Below, piece by piece: positions 6,255 through 15,710 of a DNA stretch of 64,000 bases. This DNA is from Planctomycetota bacterium (GTDB lineage: Bacteria > Planctomycetota > JAJSAM01 > JAJVHW01). The position numbers and the translations under genes are program-made. How positions within the stretch are numbered: the stretch's first letter is position 1; the number at the start of each line of letters is the position of its first letter. Where the stretch lies: the NCBI GenBank assembly GCA_022072415.1, contig JAJVHW010000002.1, positions 591-64,590 of the forward strand, given 5' to 3'. The notes under the pieces were generated by a model. That model was given only the letters and a program-made list of their open reading frames with translations. It was not told the DNA's origin and did not search any database.

Positions 6255-7412
6255 TCAACGCCGGGCGACGAGCACGACGATCTTCTTCGAGTACCCGCTG
6301 AGCACGATCTCGTCCGCGTCGTTGCCGGGGACGAGGTCCGCGGCGATCTGCGTGTGGCCGCGGCCGCTGTCGCGGAAGATCGTGACCGGGTCGTACCCGG
6401 CTTCGCCCTCGACGAGCAGGCGGCAGAGCGCGTGGAAGCCGTAGAGCGCAAGCGGCGCGTCGCCGCCGCGCGTGCCCGGCAGCGGGAAACGGCCGGTGAC
6501 GATGCCGCGAAGGCCGCTGGACTTCCCCTCCTCGTCGATCACGTCGAACTTCCAGCCGCCTGCGCCGTCCCTGACGAAGTGCTGGACGCGGCCCCAGTAG
6601 CCGCACGCGTACGCGCCGCTCGCTTCGTCGACGCAGACGCGGCCGTAGCCGCCCTCCTCCTGATGGACGACCTTCGCGGAACCGGGCCGGTCGAGGTCCG
6701 CGTAGACGACGTCGCCTCCGGCGACCACGGCGAACGCCTCGTGCGGCGCGCGCCCGGCCGGGTCGCGGAGGATCACGACGTCCTTCATCCGGGGACGCGG
6801 GTCCTTCGGCTGCGGGTCGGCGAACGTCCGAGGTCCGCCGTAGGCGAGCGACGAGGTCCAGGTGCCGCCGGCGTGCGGCGTCAGGACGTGCAGTTCGTTG
6901 GCGTAGGTCGCCGCGACGAGGCGCACCGGCCCGCCGGGCGTCGCGGGAGGAACGGCCGCGATCCCGTGGACGTACGCCCCGGCGTCGAAGATGCGCCTCG
7001 CGCGCCAGCCGCCGCCGGCCTTCACCACCTGGACGACGTTGCCGCCGACTCCGTCCTGCCCCGGCTCGTAGCAGCCGGCGTAGATCTCCTCCCCCGGCAC
7101 CTCCGGGTCCGCGTCGGCGATGCAGAGTCCCGTCATCTCGCTGTGGTTCTCGTAGATCACCGCCGCCGCGGGCGCGACGCCGCCGTGGAACGCGACGTGG
7201 ACCATGTGTCCCGCCTGGTCCACACCGACGATCTGGAGATCCGGGTCCGACGAGTCGGGGCGCCCGACCTTCACCGTCTCGAAGCCCGAGTCGCCTTCCC
7301 ACACGACGACCGGCTCCCAGCGGACGCGGGCGGCGGACGTCGCCGCGGGAGTTGCACAGGCGCCGAACGCGAGGACCGGCGCGACGAGGACGAGACTCCG
7401 GATGCGGTTCAT
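6255..7412 (-). CDS. lipoprotein, probable beta-propeller (FG-GAP/VCBS-like) fold
   Basis: GAAGGAGG lies upstream. The signal plus lipobox is LVAPVLAFGAC. Repeated G-rich strand motifs are present. Confidence 0.6.
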   Translation of the reverse strand: MNRIRSLVLVAPVLAFGACATPAATSAARVRWEPVVVWEGDSGFETVKVGRPDSSDPDLQIVGVDQAGHMVHVAFHGGVAPAAAVIYENHSEMTGLCIADADPEVPGEEIYAGCYEPGQDGVGGNVVQVVKAGGGWRARRIFDAGAYVHGIAAVPPATPGGPVRLVAATYANELHVLTPHAGGTWTSSLAYGGPRTFADPQPKDPRPRMKDVVILRDPAGRAPHEAFAVVAGGDVVYADLDRPGSAKVVHQEEGGYGRVCVDEASGAYACGYWGRVQHFVRDGAGGWKFDVIDEEGKSSGLRGIVTGRFPLPGTRGGDAPLALYGFHALCRLLVEGEAGYDPVTIFRDSGRGHTQIAADLVPGNDADEIVLSGYSKKIVVLVARR

Positions 7413-7422
7413 GGGACCTCCT

Positions 7423-8202
7423 TCACGCCGCCTCGAGCGGCACCACCTGGATCGAACCTGTCGCGGGACAGCGCGAGACCGACACGCGGACGCGGTATGC
7501 GGTCCGGACGTTCTCTTCCGTGAGGACTTCGTCCGGAGCGCCGACGGCGAGGATCCGCCCCTGGTGCAGCAGCGCCACGCGGTCGCAGTAGCGCGCCGCG
7601 AGCCCGAGGTCGTGGAGGACCACGACGGCCGCGCACCCGGGGCGCTTCGCGAACGAGCGGGCGAACCCCATCACCTCGAGCACGTGGAGGAGATCGAGCT
7701 GCTGCACGGGCTCGTCGAAGAGCAGGAGCGACGGCTCCTGCGCCAGCGCCTGGCCGACGAGCACGCGGCGGAACTCGCCGCCCGACAGTTCGTCCACCGG
7801 GCGACGCGCGAACTCGCGCAGGCCCATCTCGTCGAGCACGCGCGCGACGACCTCGCGGTCATCGGGCGTCGGCCCGCCGACGAACCGCTCGCGGGCGTAC
7901 CGGCCCATCGCGACGAACTCCTCGACGCTCACCGGAAACGTCGGGACGCACTGCTGCGGGACGACGCCGAGCACGCGCGCGACGTCGCGCCGGCTCATCG
8001 CCGCGACGTCGCGGCCGTCGAGGGTCGCGCGGCCGGACGACGGATTCAGCATGCCGCATAGGCAGCGGAGCAGCGTGGACTTACCCGCGCCGTTGGGGCC
8101 GACCAGACCGAGGAGCTGCCCTTCCGCCACGTCGATCGAGACGCCGTCGAGGATCGGCCGCCGACCGTAGGAGAACCGCAGGTCGTCCGCGCGGAGCCTC
8201 AT
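7423..8202 (-). CDS. ABC transporter ATP-binding protein (iron-chelate/cobalamin FecE/BtuD type)
   Basis: Walker A is GPNGAGKST, the signature is LSGGE and Walker B is LLLFDEP. ATGA overlap with the permease gene. Confidence 0.85.
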   Translation of the reverse strand: MRLRADDLRFSYGRRPILDGVSIDVAEGQLLGLVGPNGAGKSTLLRCLCGMLNPSSGRATLDGRDVAAMSRRDVARVLGVVPQQCVPTFPVSVEEFVAMGRYARERFVGGPTPDDREVVARVLDEMGLREFARRPVDELSGGEFRRVLVGQALAQEPSLLLFDEPVQQLDLLHVLEVMGFARSFAKRPGCAAVVVLHDLGLAARYCDRVALLHQGRILAVGAPDEVLTEENVRTAYRVRVSVSRCPATGSIQVVPLEAA

Positions 8203-9215
8203 GCCTCACCCGCCTTCGACTGCATGGAGCGCACGACGAGGACGAAGCACGGCACGCCGAAGAGCGACGTGATCACGCCGAGCGGCAGCTCGTTCGGCGG
8301 CACCACGGTCCGGGCCAGCGTGTCCGTCAGGATGACGACCACGGCGCCGAGGAACGCGCACGCCGGGAGCAGCGCCGCATGCGACTGCCCCACGATCCTC
8401 CGCGCCGCGTGCGGCACGACGAGCCCCACGAACGCGACGACGCCCGCGAGGCACACGGCGAGCGCCGTGAGCAGGCACGAGAGCAGCAGGACGATCGTCC
8501 CCGTGCGCGCCGTGTTCACGCCGAGGCGCTTCGCGTCGGTCTCGCCGAGCGCGAGCAGGTCCAGCGGACGCGCCAGGAGCATGGCGGCTGCGACCGCCAC
8601 CGCGGTGACGGGACCGATCACCGCGACCTGCCTCCAGTCGGTCTGCCAGAGACCGCCGGCCAGGAGGAGCGCCATCTTCCCGAGCTGGTTCTCGTCGCGG
8701 TGGAGGAAGACCGTGAGCCCCGTCATCGCGCCGAAGAAGAGGCTCATGTTGATCCCCATGAGCACGACGGAGAGCGACGGCAGCCCGGCGCGCGTGCGGG
8801 CGAGCCACAGCACGAGGACCGCCGACACGCAGGTCATCGCGAACGCGGTGGAGATCGCGCCCACCCGCTCGAGGCCGAGGAAGATGCCGAAGACCTTCCC
8901 GAACGCGGCGGCCTGCGACGTGCCGATCACCGTCGGGCTCGCCAGCGGGTTCCGGAGGAGCGCCTGGAGCATGCACCCGGCCGTGCCCATGGCGGATCCA
9001 ACGGCGATGGCGCCGAGCGCGCGCGGCAGGCGCATCTGGCTCACCAGCGTGTCGTTCATCGACGTGCCGGCGTGCGTGACAGCGGCGAAGACGTCCGCGA
9101 GCGGGACGTGCACGACGCCGACGGTCAGCGACGCGAACGCGGCGAGGACCGTGACGACGACGCCTCCGGTGACCACCGCCGAGAACCGGGGTCGCCCGAG
9201 GGCGGCGGGGCTCAT
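8199..9215 (-). CDS. FecCD/BtuC-family ABC permease
   Basis: 338 aa and polytopic. Family-typical motifs are RLPRALGAIAVGSAMGTAGCMLQALLRNPLASP and VVPHAARRIVG. The start ATG at 9215 follows GGAGGGGAG. Confidence 0.85.
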   Translation of the reverse strand: MSPAALGRPRFSAVVTGGVVVTVLAAFASLTVGVVHVPLADVFAAVTHAGTSMNDTLVSQMRLPRALGAIAVGSAMGTAGCMLQALLRNPLASPTVIGTSQAAAFGKVFGIFLGLERVGAISTAFAMTCVSAVLVLWLARTRAGLPSLSVVLMGINMSLFFGAMTGLTVFLHRDENQLGKMALLLAGGLWQTDWRQVAVIGPVTAVAVAAAMLLARPLDLLALGETDAKRLGVNTARTGTIVLLLSCLLTALAVCLAGVVAFVGLVVPHAARRIVGQSHAALLPACAFLGAVVVILTDTLARTVVPPNELPLGVITSLFGVPCFVLVVRSMQSKAGEA

Positions 9216-10135
9216 CTCCCCTCCTTCCACTCGACCTTCGGGAGCTCCGGGTGGATCCACGGCAGGTACATGTCCCGGCACGCCTCGACGCAGCGGGGCG
9301 AACCGAACGTCCCGTACCGCTTCTCCTCGGGGACGCGATGGACGCGTCCGCTCCTGACCGCGGAGATCCGGTCCCACCCGGGCCGCGCGAGCACCTCCTC
9401 CGTCGGGGGCGCGAACGTGCCGAGGACGATGACCTCGGGATCCGCAGCGATCACCGCCTCCGGGTTCAGGCGCTGCGCGGGCCGCAGGTCGTCGGCCGGA
9501 ACGCCGGCGATGCGGATGATGTTCTCGCCGCCGGCCAGCGTGATCATTGCGTCCGTCACGGTCCGGTTCCCGGCCGTGCGGCCCACGCCGTTGTTCTCGA
9601 AGTAGACGCGCACCCTTCGGAGCGGCGCGGTGACGGCGGCGACTTCCGCCTGTATCCGGCGCATCTTGTCCAGCGCCGCCGCGCCGCGCTCCGGCACGCC
9701 CATCGCCGCCGCGATTTCCGTGACGAACTGCGGCATCGTGTCCATGTCGAGGACGGGCGGCGAGTAGATCATCCGCATCCCGCGCCCCTCGAACACCTCG
9801 CGCAGGTCCGCCTTGACGATCACCAGGTCCGGGCGCATCGCCATGATCGCCTCGACGTGGACGATGTGGACCTGCCCGGGGTGGTCGTCGTTGCGAATCT
9901 TCACGGCGTGCTCGGTCCCCGGCGCGGGACAGTCCTCCTCGACGGCGATGACCCGGTCGAGGAGGCCCAGCACGCGGTAGATGTCCACGGCAGCGCAGGT
10001 GAACGCGACGACGCGGTGCGGCGTCCCGTCGGCGGGGGCCGGCGCGGGCTCCCTGGCGACGCCGCCGGCGGGGTCCGCCGGTCCGCACCCGCCCGCCGCG
10101 AGCGCCAGGGTCAAGAGGATCGCCGCGGAGCGCAT
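9212..10135 (-). CDS. periplasmic substrate-binding lipoprotein (BtuF/FhuD class)
   Basis: Lipobox is LTLALAAGGC. RPDLVIV and DPEVIVLG motifs are present. ATGA overlap downstream and TGATG overlap with the receptor gene. Confidence 0.75.
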   Translation of the reverse strand: MRSAAILLTLALAAGGCGPADPAGGVAREPAPAPADGTPHRVVAFTCAAVDIYRVLGLLDRVIAVEEDCPAPGTEHAVKIRNDDHPGQVHIVHVEAIMAMRPDLVIVKADLREVFEGRGMRMIYSPPVLDMDTMPQFVTEIAAAMGVPERGAAALDKMRRIQAEVAAVTAPLRRVRVYFENNGVGRTAGNRTVTDAMITLAGGENIIRIAGVPADDLRPAQRLNPEAVIAADPEVIVLGTFAPPTEEVLARPGWDRISAVRSGRVHRVPEEKRYGTFGSPRCVEACRDMYLPWIHPELPKVEWKEGR

Positions 10136-12288
10136 CACCACCTCATCGTGTAGCCCGCGGAGACGTAGTACGCCCGGCCCGGCGCACCCCAGATGCCCTG
10201 GCTGTTCCGGAAGAAGTACTCCTCGTCGAAGACGTTCGTGATGCCGGCCGAGATCTGGAAGCCGGTGCCGTCCTCCTTCTCGTGCCAGCCGATCGAGACG
10301 TCCCACAGCGTGTACGCGGGGTTCATGCCCTCCGTGCCGGTGGAGTTCGGCTTCGTGAAGTTCTCCTGCTGCGCGAACGAGGAGCCGGCCGACGAGCCGT
10401 CGGCGCGGGCCCAGAAACCGTTCGACGCCTCGTACGACACGCCCCAGCTCCGGAGCCGCCGCGGCGAGTACGGCGTGTCGTTGCCCTTGAACGGCCCCGT
10501 CTCGAACACCGACTCCTGGTTCGTCGCCGTGACGTAGGCCGTGAGCCCGCGGAAGTCCTCCGACATCGCGGCGAAGTCGTACGAGAGCTCGCACTCGATG
10601 CCGTCGTTCACCGTCCTTCCTGCGTTCTGGAAGACGGTCACGCCGCCCGCGCCGGTCACCGCGATCGCCTGGTCGGTGAACACGTTGCGGAACGCCGTCG
10701 CCGACGCCGAGAAGCCCCAGTGCCCGCGCGTCCGCATGCCGATCTCGCGCGAGGTCGCGAACTCCGGCTGCACCTCGTTGCCCGCGTTGGCCGCGGGGTC
10801 GAAGTTGTCGTAGTACGGCGTGCGGAAGCTCTTCTGCCGGCCGACGAAGAGCGCTGTGCGCGGCAGGCACGTCCACGCGATGCTCGTGGCAGGGAGGCGG
10901 ACCGTGTAGTCCTCCACGCGGCCCTCGGGACCGCCCGGGATCCGGTTCGTCGACGACATCTGGATCGACTCGAGCCGGTATCCCAGCGTCGCCTGCACGT
11001 TCTCGACGAGGTCGATCGTGTCCTCGTTGAAGAGCGCGACTCCCCGGCCGTCGAACGTGGCGTGCTGCGTCTGCGTGGCCGGCCCGGCTCCCGCGGCGAG
11101 CGGCACGCGCACCCAGTCGTTCTCGGCGTCCTCATGCGTCGTCTGGACGATGTGCGAGAAGCGGTGCGTCATCCCGGCGATCGTCGTGTCCCACGAGTAC
11201 CGCGCCTGGCCCCAGAACGTCTGCGCGTACGTCGGCTTCGACTCGAGCCCGCTGAACGGCGGAGAGCCCGGACGCGAGATGCGGACTTCGCTCGTGACGT
11301 CGGACCACATCATCGTCAGGTCGAACCGGCTCGAGCGGCCGAAGTCGTGGGTCCACGTCCCCGCGTACATCGTGCGGTCGCCGTGCGAGTCGTCGAGCGG
11401 GCGCACCGTGCTCTCCCGATCGCGGTCATAGTCGGCCTGCGGTTCGCCGCCCGGGAGCGACGCGTCGATCAGGTAGCGGCCGACCGTGAAGAGCACCGCG
11501 TCGTCCGCATCCGCCTGCCAGCGGACGCGTCCGTAGAAGTCGCCGATGTCGAACTCGCCGCCGTCGCGATGGCCGTCGCCCCGCTTGTCCACCTGCACGA
11601 GGCTCACGCCGACCGGGCCCCAGGTGCCGCCGGCGTCGAGGACGACGGCCCGGTATCCGTCGCTCCCGAACTTCACGCGCGTGCTGGCCGTGGGCGTCTC
11701 CGGGATCGGCCGCGAGATGAGGTTCACGACCCCGCCCACCGAGTGCGATCCGAACCGCAGGGCCGCGCCGCCGCGGATGGAGTCGATCGTCCCGATGCGC
11801 TCCATCGAGACCGGGAAGAGGTCCTTGTCGTTGAGACCGTACGGCGCCATCGAGATCGGAAGACCGTCCACGAGCCAGCCGACGTAGCGGCCCCGCTGGG
11901 GCGAGAGGCCGCGGGAGCCGACGTTGAGGTACGCCTCGTTCCCCGTCGCCTGCGTGACGTACATGCCCGGCACGCGGCGGATCACGTCGCTCAGGTTCCC
12001 GCCCTGGTACTGCGCGACCGACTCGGCGTCGATCACGTCGCGGGCGCCGGCGTACATGAGCGGCACGCCGCCGCTGGCCGCCGTCACGACGATCTCGCCG
12101 CTTCCGACGTACGACTTCGCCTCGTCCTGTTCGACGAGGAGGTCCGCCGCTTCCTCCAGCGCCGACTTCGGCTTCGACGGAGTGTCCGGCTTCGTCTCTT
12201 CCGCGCGCGCGGAGGTCGCGGCGGCGACCCCCGCGACGGTGGTGAGCGCGGCGGCGAGCATGCGGCGGTTGCTTCGTGTCCTCTGCAA
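10135..12288 (-). CDS. TonB-dependent outer-membrane receptor
   Basis: 717 aa with a signal peptide. The plug motif is IRGGAALRFGSHSVGGVVNLISR. A beta-barrel repeat pattern is present, with an aromatic C-terminus ...YVSAGYTMRW. Confidence 0.85.
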   Translation of the reverse strand: MQRTRSNRRMLAAALTTVAGVAAATSARAEETKPDTPSKPKSALEEAADLLVEQDEAKSYVGSGEIVVTAASGGVPLMYAGARDVIDAESVAQYQGGNLSDVIRRVPGMYVTQATGNEAYLNVGSRGLSPQRGRYVGWLVDGLPISMAPYGLNDKDLFPVSMERIGTIDSIRGGAALRFGSHSVGGVVNLISRPIPETPTASTRVKFGSDGYRAVVLDAGGTWGPVGVSLVQVDKRGDGHRDGGEFDIGDFYGRVRWQADADDAVLFTVGRYLIDASLPGGEPQADYDRDRESTVRPLDDSHGDRTMYAGTWTHDFGRSSRFDLTMMWSDVTSEVRISRPGSPPFSGLESKPTYAQTFWGQARYSWDTTIAGMTHRFSHIVQTTHEDAENDWVRVPLAAGAGPATQTQHATFDGRGVALFNEDTIDLVENVQATLGYRLESIQMSSTNRIPGGPEGRVEDYTVRLPATSIAWTCLPRTALFVGRQKSFRTPYYDNFDPAANAGNEVQPEFATSREIGMRTRGHWGFSASATAFRNVFTDQAIAVTGAGGVTVFQNAGRTVNDGIECELSYDFAAMSEDFRGLTAYVTATNQESVFETGPFKGNDTPYSPRRLRSWGVSYEASNGFWARADGSSAGSSFAQQENFTKPNSTGTEGMNPAYTLWDVSIGWHEKEDGTGFQISAGITNVFDEEYFFRNSQGIWGAPGRAYYVSAGYTMRW

Positions 12289-12842
12289 GACGCACCTCCT
12301 TCTTCGCTGTTCATTTGCGCGAACGCCATGCCGCGTTCACTTCTGTGCCGCGGCCGTGACAGACGCGCGGCGAACCTCGTTCACCGATTCGGAGATGCAT
12401 CGCCGGAGATGCGGACGGATGCTTCGGCAAGCCGCGAAGACCGCGACGTCTCGGCCCTCCCGAACGCAGCGACCGTGCCGTCTTGCAGCACGGGAGCACG
12501 GAACGTGATCCCGAGATCGGCGGCGGCGCATCCCGGTTCATCCGATCGGTCGCCGCGCGACCGGCGCCGCGCCCCGCTCGCGTGTGACGTGCAGGTGACG
12601 ACGCGTGCGTGTGCGCGTCACCTTCTGCCGCGAGCCGCGTTTCGTGTGCGTCACGGGCAGAGATCCGCGAGCGCAGCAACTCCCGCCGCTCTGCCGATCG
12701 TCGGACGCGATGAACGCGCCTCTCACCTCGACGTGAGACGCAGTCTGCGCAGCGCGCCGCGCGGCGGGCCTCGAGGTGCCGTCGCTCTGCTTCGATCCGC
12801 GCGACGACCGGAGCCGCCCCGCCGCGGACGATGGTCGCAGGG

Positions 12843-13784
12843 TCAGTCGCCCGCCGCGGCGGCGTCCTCCATCGACGGCGCGTACAGGATGACGACGTTG
12901 TTCGACTCGTCGGATTCGGGGATGCGGTCGTCGGGGTCGATCTTCGCGAGGACGAATCCGGACGCGGGCGTGCGGAATCGGACGGCGTAGTCCTTCGACC
13001 ACGACGTGCGCCGCTTCGGGAACCTCAGGGTGTCGAGGCGCTTCCCCGGCGTCGATCCGTCGTCCGACCGGTAGATGCCGACGATGTACGTCGCCTCTGC
13101 CGGGTCGCTCCCCGCGTTCTCGATGCGGAGCGTGCCGGAGGTGCGGGCGCCCGAGCGCTTCACGGTCCACGAGCCCGTGAGATCCGGGCCCGGCGGAATC
13201 CACTGCCCGAGGTGGACCGAGCCGTCGGCGTAGATGTTCACGGCCGCCTGTACGAAGAAGTTGCCCGCGGACGACTCGGTTCCGCGGAACGCGAGCATGT
13301 ACGTCGTGCCGGCATGCAGCGTCGCGCCCGCCGCGGACACGTCGAACGCGCTCACCGGGACGCTCGAGAGGTCGTAGCCGTAGTCCGAAGCGTCGCCCGT
13401 CGCCGATGCCACCAGCAAGGTCGTATCCGACGTCAGCGGATCGAACTCGTGGACGGCGACCTCGAACGTGCCGGTCGTGCCGTTCCCGGCGCTGATCCGG
13501 ACCGAGATCGACTCGAGCTCGCGGTCGCTCGGCACCGTGAACGTCTGGCCGAGCGCGGTCTCGCGATCGAACCAGTACGCGCCGTTGTAGCCGCCCTCGA
13601 AGGCCCACGGCGCGTTCTCCTGCTCGCCGAGCACGGTGGACGTGATCCCGAACTCGAGGTCCTCCCCGGCGTTCGGGTTCCATCCTTCGAACGCGCCCAC
13701 GGCCACGTCGGGTCGCGGTTGCGCGAGAAAGGCGACGAGGGAGAGCGGCACGACAACTCCCGGCTTCAGCGTGGCGAATCGCAT
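12843..13784 (-). CDS. secreted hypothetical protein with C-terminal CARDB-like domain
   Basis: ATG 13784 follows GAAGGAGG. The signal-like segment is VVVPLSLVAFLAQP. The C-terminus IENAGSDPA...AKIDPDDRIPESDESNN is the CARDB signature. Confidence 0.6.
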   Translation of the reverse strand: MRFATLKPGVVVPLSLVAFLAQPRPDVAVGAFEGWNPNAGEDLEFGITSTVLGEQENAPWAFEGGYNGAYWFDRETALGQTFTVPSDRELESISVRISAGNGTTGTFEVAVHEFDPLTSDTTLLVASATGDASDYGYDLSSVPVSAFDVSAAGATLHAGTTYMLAFRGTESSAGNFFVQAAVNIYADGSVHLGQWIPPGPDLTGSWTVKRSGARTSGTLRIENAGSDPAEATYIVGIYRSDDGSTPGKRLDTLRFPKRRTSWSKDYAVRFRTPASGFVLAKIDPDDRIPESDESNNVVILYAPSMEDAAAAGD

Positions 13785-13921
13785 GGATCGGCCTCCTTCA
13801 GGCGTGGCGGATGCGAAGCTCCGAGCCGGACCCGCGGCCGCCGGAGTGAAGCGTACGTCCCGGCCCATGCGGCCGACGTGACACCTGTTACGCCAGCAGC
13901 GCAACTCGTCGCGGCCGCGGA

Positions 13922-13969
13922 CCATGCACTGTGCAAGGCGTGCCCGCGGCCTCGCTGCACGGCGCATGG
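13922..13969. promoter_or_regulatory. inverted repeat CCATGCactGTGC ... GCACggcGCATGG, a candidate enhancer (UAS) for the sigma-54 activator
   Basis: The arms at 13922-13934 and 13957-13969 match at 10 of 13 positions. The centre lies about 55-60 bp upstream of the GG of the candidate -24 element. Confidence 0.35.
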
Positions 13970-14000
13970 GTCCGCCGCGCGGCGTCGAGCCTGCGAGGCG

Positions 14001-14017
14001 CGGCACAGCCTGTGCAT
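14001..14017 (+). promoter_or_regulatory. candidate sigma-54 (-24/-12) promoter cGGCACagcctgTGCAt
   Basis: GG at 14002-14003 and GC at 14014-14015 have exactly the consensus offset of TGGCACG-N4-TTGCW. Only the T preceding TGCA is replaced. It lies about 55-65 nt upstream of the porin start. Confidence 0.5.
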
Positions 14018-14072
14018 CAGAGGGCCGAAGCATGCGAGCGACCCGGATCACCGCACCACCCGCAGCACGGAG

Positions 14073-15383
14073 ATGCCCCAGATGACCCGCTTCATCCGCG
14101 CCGCCGCGGTCGCGACCGTGACCGCAGTCGGCACCGCGCCGGCCCTGGCTGAGGACGCGGGGGCGCCGCGCCCCCTGGACAGCGCGTCGAAAGAGGAGAT
14201 CCTCGACTACGCGCGTTCGCTCGAGCGGCGGCTCACGGACATCGAGCGCCGCCTCGCCGAACGCGACGAGCGCGAGGAGGAGTCCGGAACGCTCGCCCGT
14301 GCGATCGACACGCTGCCCAGGGCGAAGGAGTCGGCGCTCGCGTCCGCCGCGGCGTTGATGACCCTCTCGGGACGCGTCGAGTTCGGGTACTCCTTCAACT
14401 TCAGGCACGGCGGCGCCGTGCGCGGCCGGCGCGGCGACACGCTGGACTACAACCAGCTCCGCGGACCGGACGCCGACGAGAACGGGTTCTCGTTCACCGA
14501 GCTCGAACTCGTCGCGGACCGCCCGCTCGACGCGGTCGGCTCCACGGGGTTCCGCGCGGCCGCGGACTACGGCGTCGTGGCCCGGCAGGCGGACCCGGAC
14601 CCGAACTTCGACGGCGGCGGCGGCGCGAACGCGTTCGACATGCGCGAGGCGAGCATCTCCTGGCGTGCGCCGTTCACGCCGACGGACCACGTGGACGTCA
14701 CCGTCGGCAAGTACCGGACGCCGATCGGGTTCGAGACGTTCGGCGGCTACGGCTTGAACTGGCTCGTGACGCGCAACCCGATCGCCGTGTTCGGCACTCC
14801 GACGACGCACACCGGCCTGCGCCTCACGGCCCCACTCTCGGAAACCGCGTCCACGTCCCTCCACGTCGTCAACGGCTGGGAGGAAGTCCGGGACTCGACC
14901 GACGGCAAGAACGTCATCTGGGGCGTCACGCTGGGGAAGTACGACTGGCTCGACTCCACGGTGAACTTCCATGTGTCGTACGGCTCCGTCGAGGGTGCGC
15001 CGCAGGGCGACAAGCGCTCGCTCGCCTGCGCGACGTGGACCGGTCTCCTCGCGACGGATCTCGAGTTCGCGCTCGACGCCGTCGTCGGCCGGCAGCCCGA
15101 CCGGTCCTGGCACGGCGCCGCCGCGTACCTGCGCACGCGCGTCGGTGCGAAGACGACGCTCGCGGGACGTCTCGGCTGGTACGCGGACGAGGCCCTCGGG
15201 ACGGATGGCGCCCGCATCGTGGACCTGACGGCAGCGCTCGCCCACGAGATCGCCGACGACCTGACCATCGCGCTGGAGTACCGTCACGACTTCAGCCGCA
15301 GCGCCGGCACCTATCTCGACTCGGACGGTGATCCGTCCCGGCACCAGGACACGCTGAGCGCCGCAGTGGTCTTCCGTTTCTGA
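14073..15383 (+). CDS. outer-membrane porin (beta-barrel) encoded upstream of kdpFABC
   Basis: The signal is AAAVATVTAVGTAPALAED, followed by a coiled-coil segment and alternating beta-strand pattern. The terminal sequence is AAVVFRF. The start is ATG 14073 or ATG 14082. Confidence 0.7.
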   Translation: MPQMTRFIRAAAVATVTAVGTAPALAEDAGAPRPLDSASKEEILDYARSLERRLTDIERRLAERDEREEESGTLARAIDTLPRAKESALASAAALMTLSGRVEFGYSFNFRHGGAVRGRRGDTLDYNQLRGPDADENGFSFTELELVADRPLDAVGSTGFRAAADYGVVARQADPDPNFDGGGGANAFDMREASISWRAPFTPTDHVDVTVGKYRTPIGFETFGGYGLNWLVTRNPIAVFGTPTTHTGLRLTAPLSETASTSLHVVNGWEEVRDSTDGKNVIWGVTLGKYDWLDSTVNFHVSYGSVEGAPQGDKRSLACATWTGLLATDLEFALDAVVGRQPDRSWHGAAAYLRTRVGAKTTLAGRLGWYADEALGTDGARIVDLTAALAHEIADDLTIALEYRHDFSRSAGTYLDSDGDPSRHQDTLSAAVVFRF

Positions 15384-15530
15384 CCCCGATGAACGACCCG
15401 ACGCGCCTCCGCCTCGCCGACGACCGCCCCCGCGGTCCGGAGGCGGCACGTGCAGGCTTGAGGCGGGACGCGGCGGCTGCGATCGGTCGCCGCGCATCGG
15501 CGGCTTCGGCGACCCGGCAGGAGGTGCGAG

Positions 15531-15620
15531 ATGAGCGTTGAGTACTGGATCGGCGCGATCGTCGCGGTCGCACTGTGCGCGTACCTGGCGTACGCGCTCG
15601 TCGCCGCGGAACGCTTCTGA
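15531..15620 (+). CDS. kdpF: KdpF, small subunit of the K+-transporting ATPase (29 aa)
   Basis: The product MSVEYWIGAIVAVALCAYLAYALVAAERF has the same length and pattern as E. coli KdpF (..YL.YAL...E.F). GGAGG lies upstream. It is not in the ORF track because it is too short. Confidence 0.8.
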   Translation: MSVEYWIGAIVAVALCAYLAYALVAAERF

Positions 15621-15710
15621 GGAGCCCATGAGCAGACACCCCGTCGTCATCCGCGGCGCGCGCGTCCCCCGGACGCACGGCCGCCGCGGCGAGACCCTGC
15701 GGAGGACGTC

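Noticed and set aside
8199-10088. 629-aa and 554-aa long versions of the permease and binding-protein ORFs (also 10282..12990, 5665..7302, 20686..23001, 24474..27146, 53200..56013 and similar).
   Set aside because: The 5' extensions or whole ORFs are R/G/P-rich and overlap better-supported genes. Internal starts with Shine-Dalgarno motifs and signal peptides or lipoboxes give the real products.
12543-12558. The 16-mer CGATCGGTCGCCGCGC is shared with 15480..15495, and both lie in operon leader regions.
   Set aside because: It is a single short GC-rich match, on the non-template orientation for one of the two operons. It cannot be distinguished from chance without genome-wide counts.
15445-15460. 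GGCACgtgcaggcTTGa upstream of kdpF as a sigma-54 promoter.
   Set aside because: The GC is not at the required distance from the GG. The spacing is off and there is no TGC at -12.
15384-15530. c-di-AMP (ydaO-type) riboswitch in front of kdpF.
   Set aside because: The gap is too short and lacks the paired ACGGGGA/CCCGA-type motifs I remember. There is no support.
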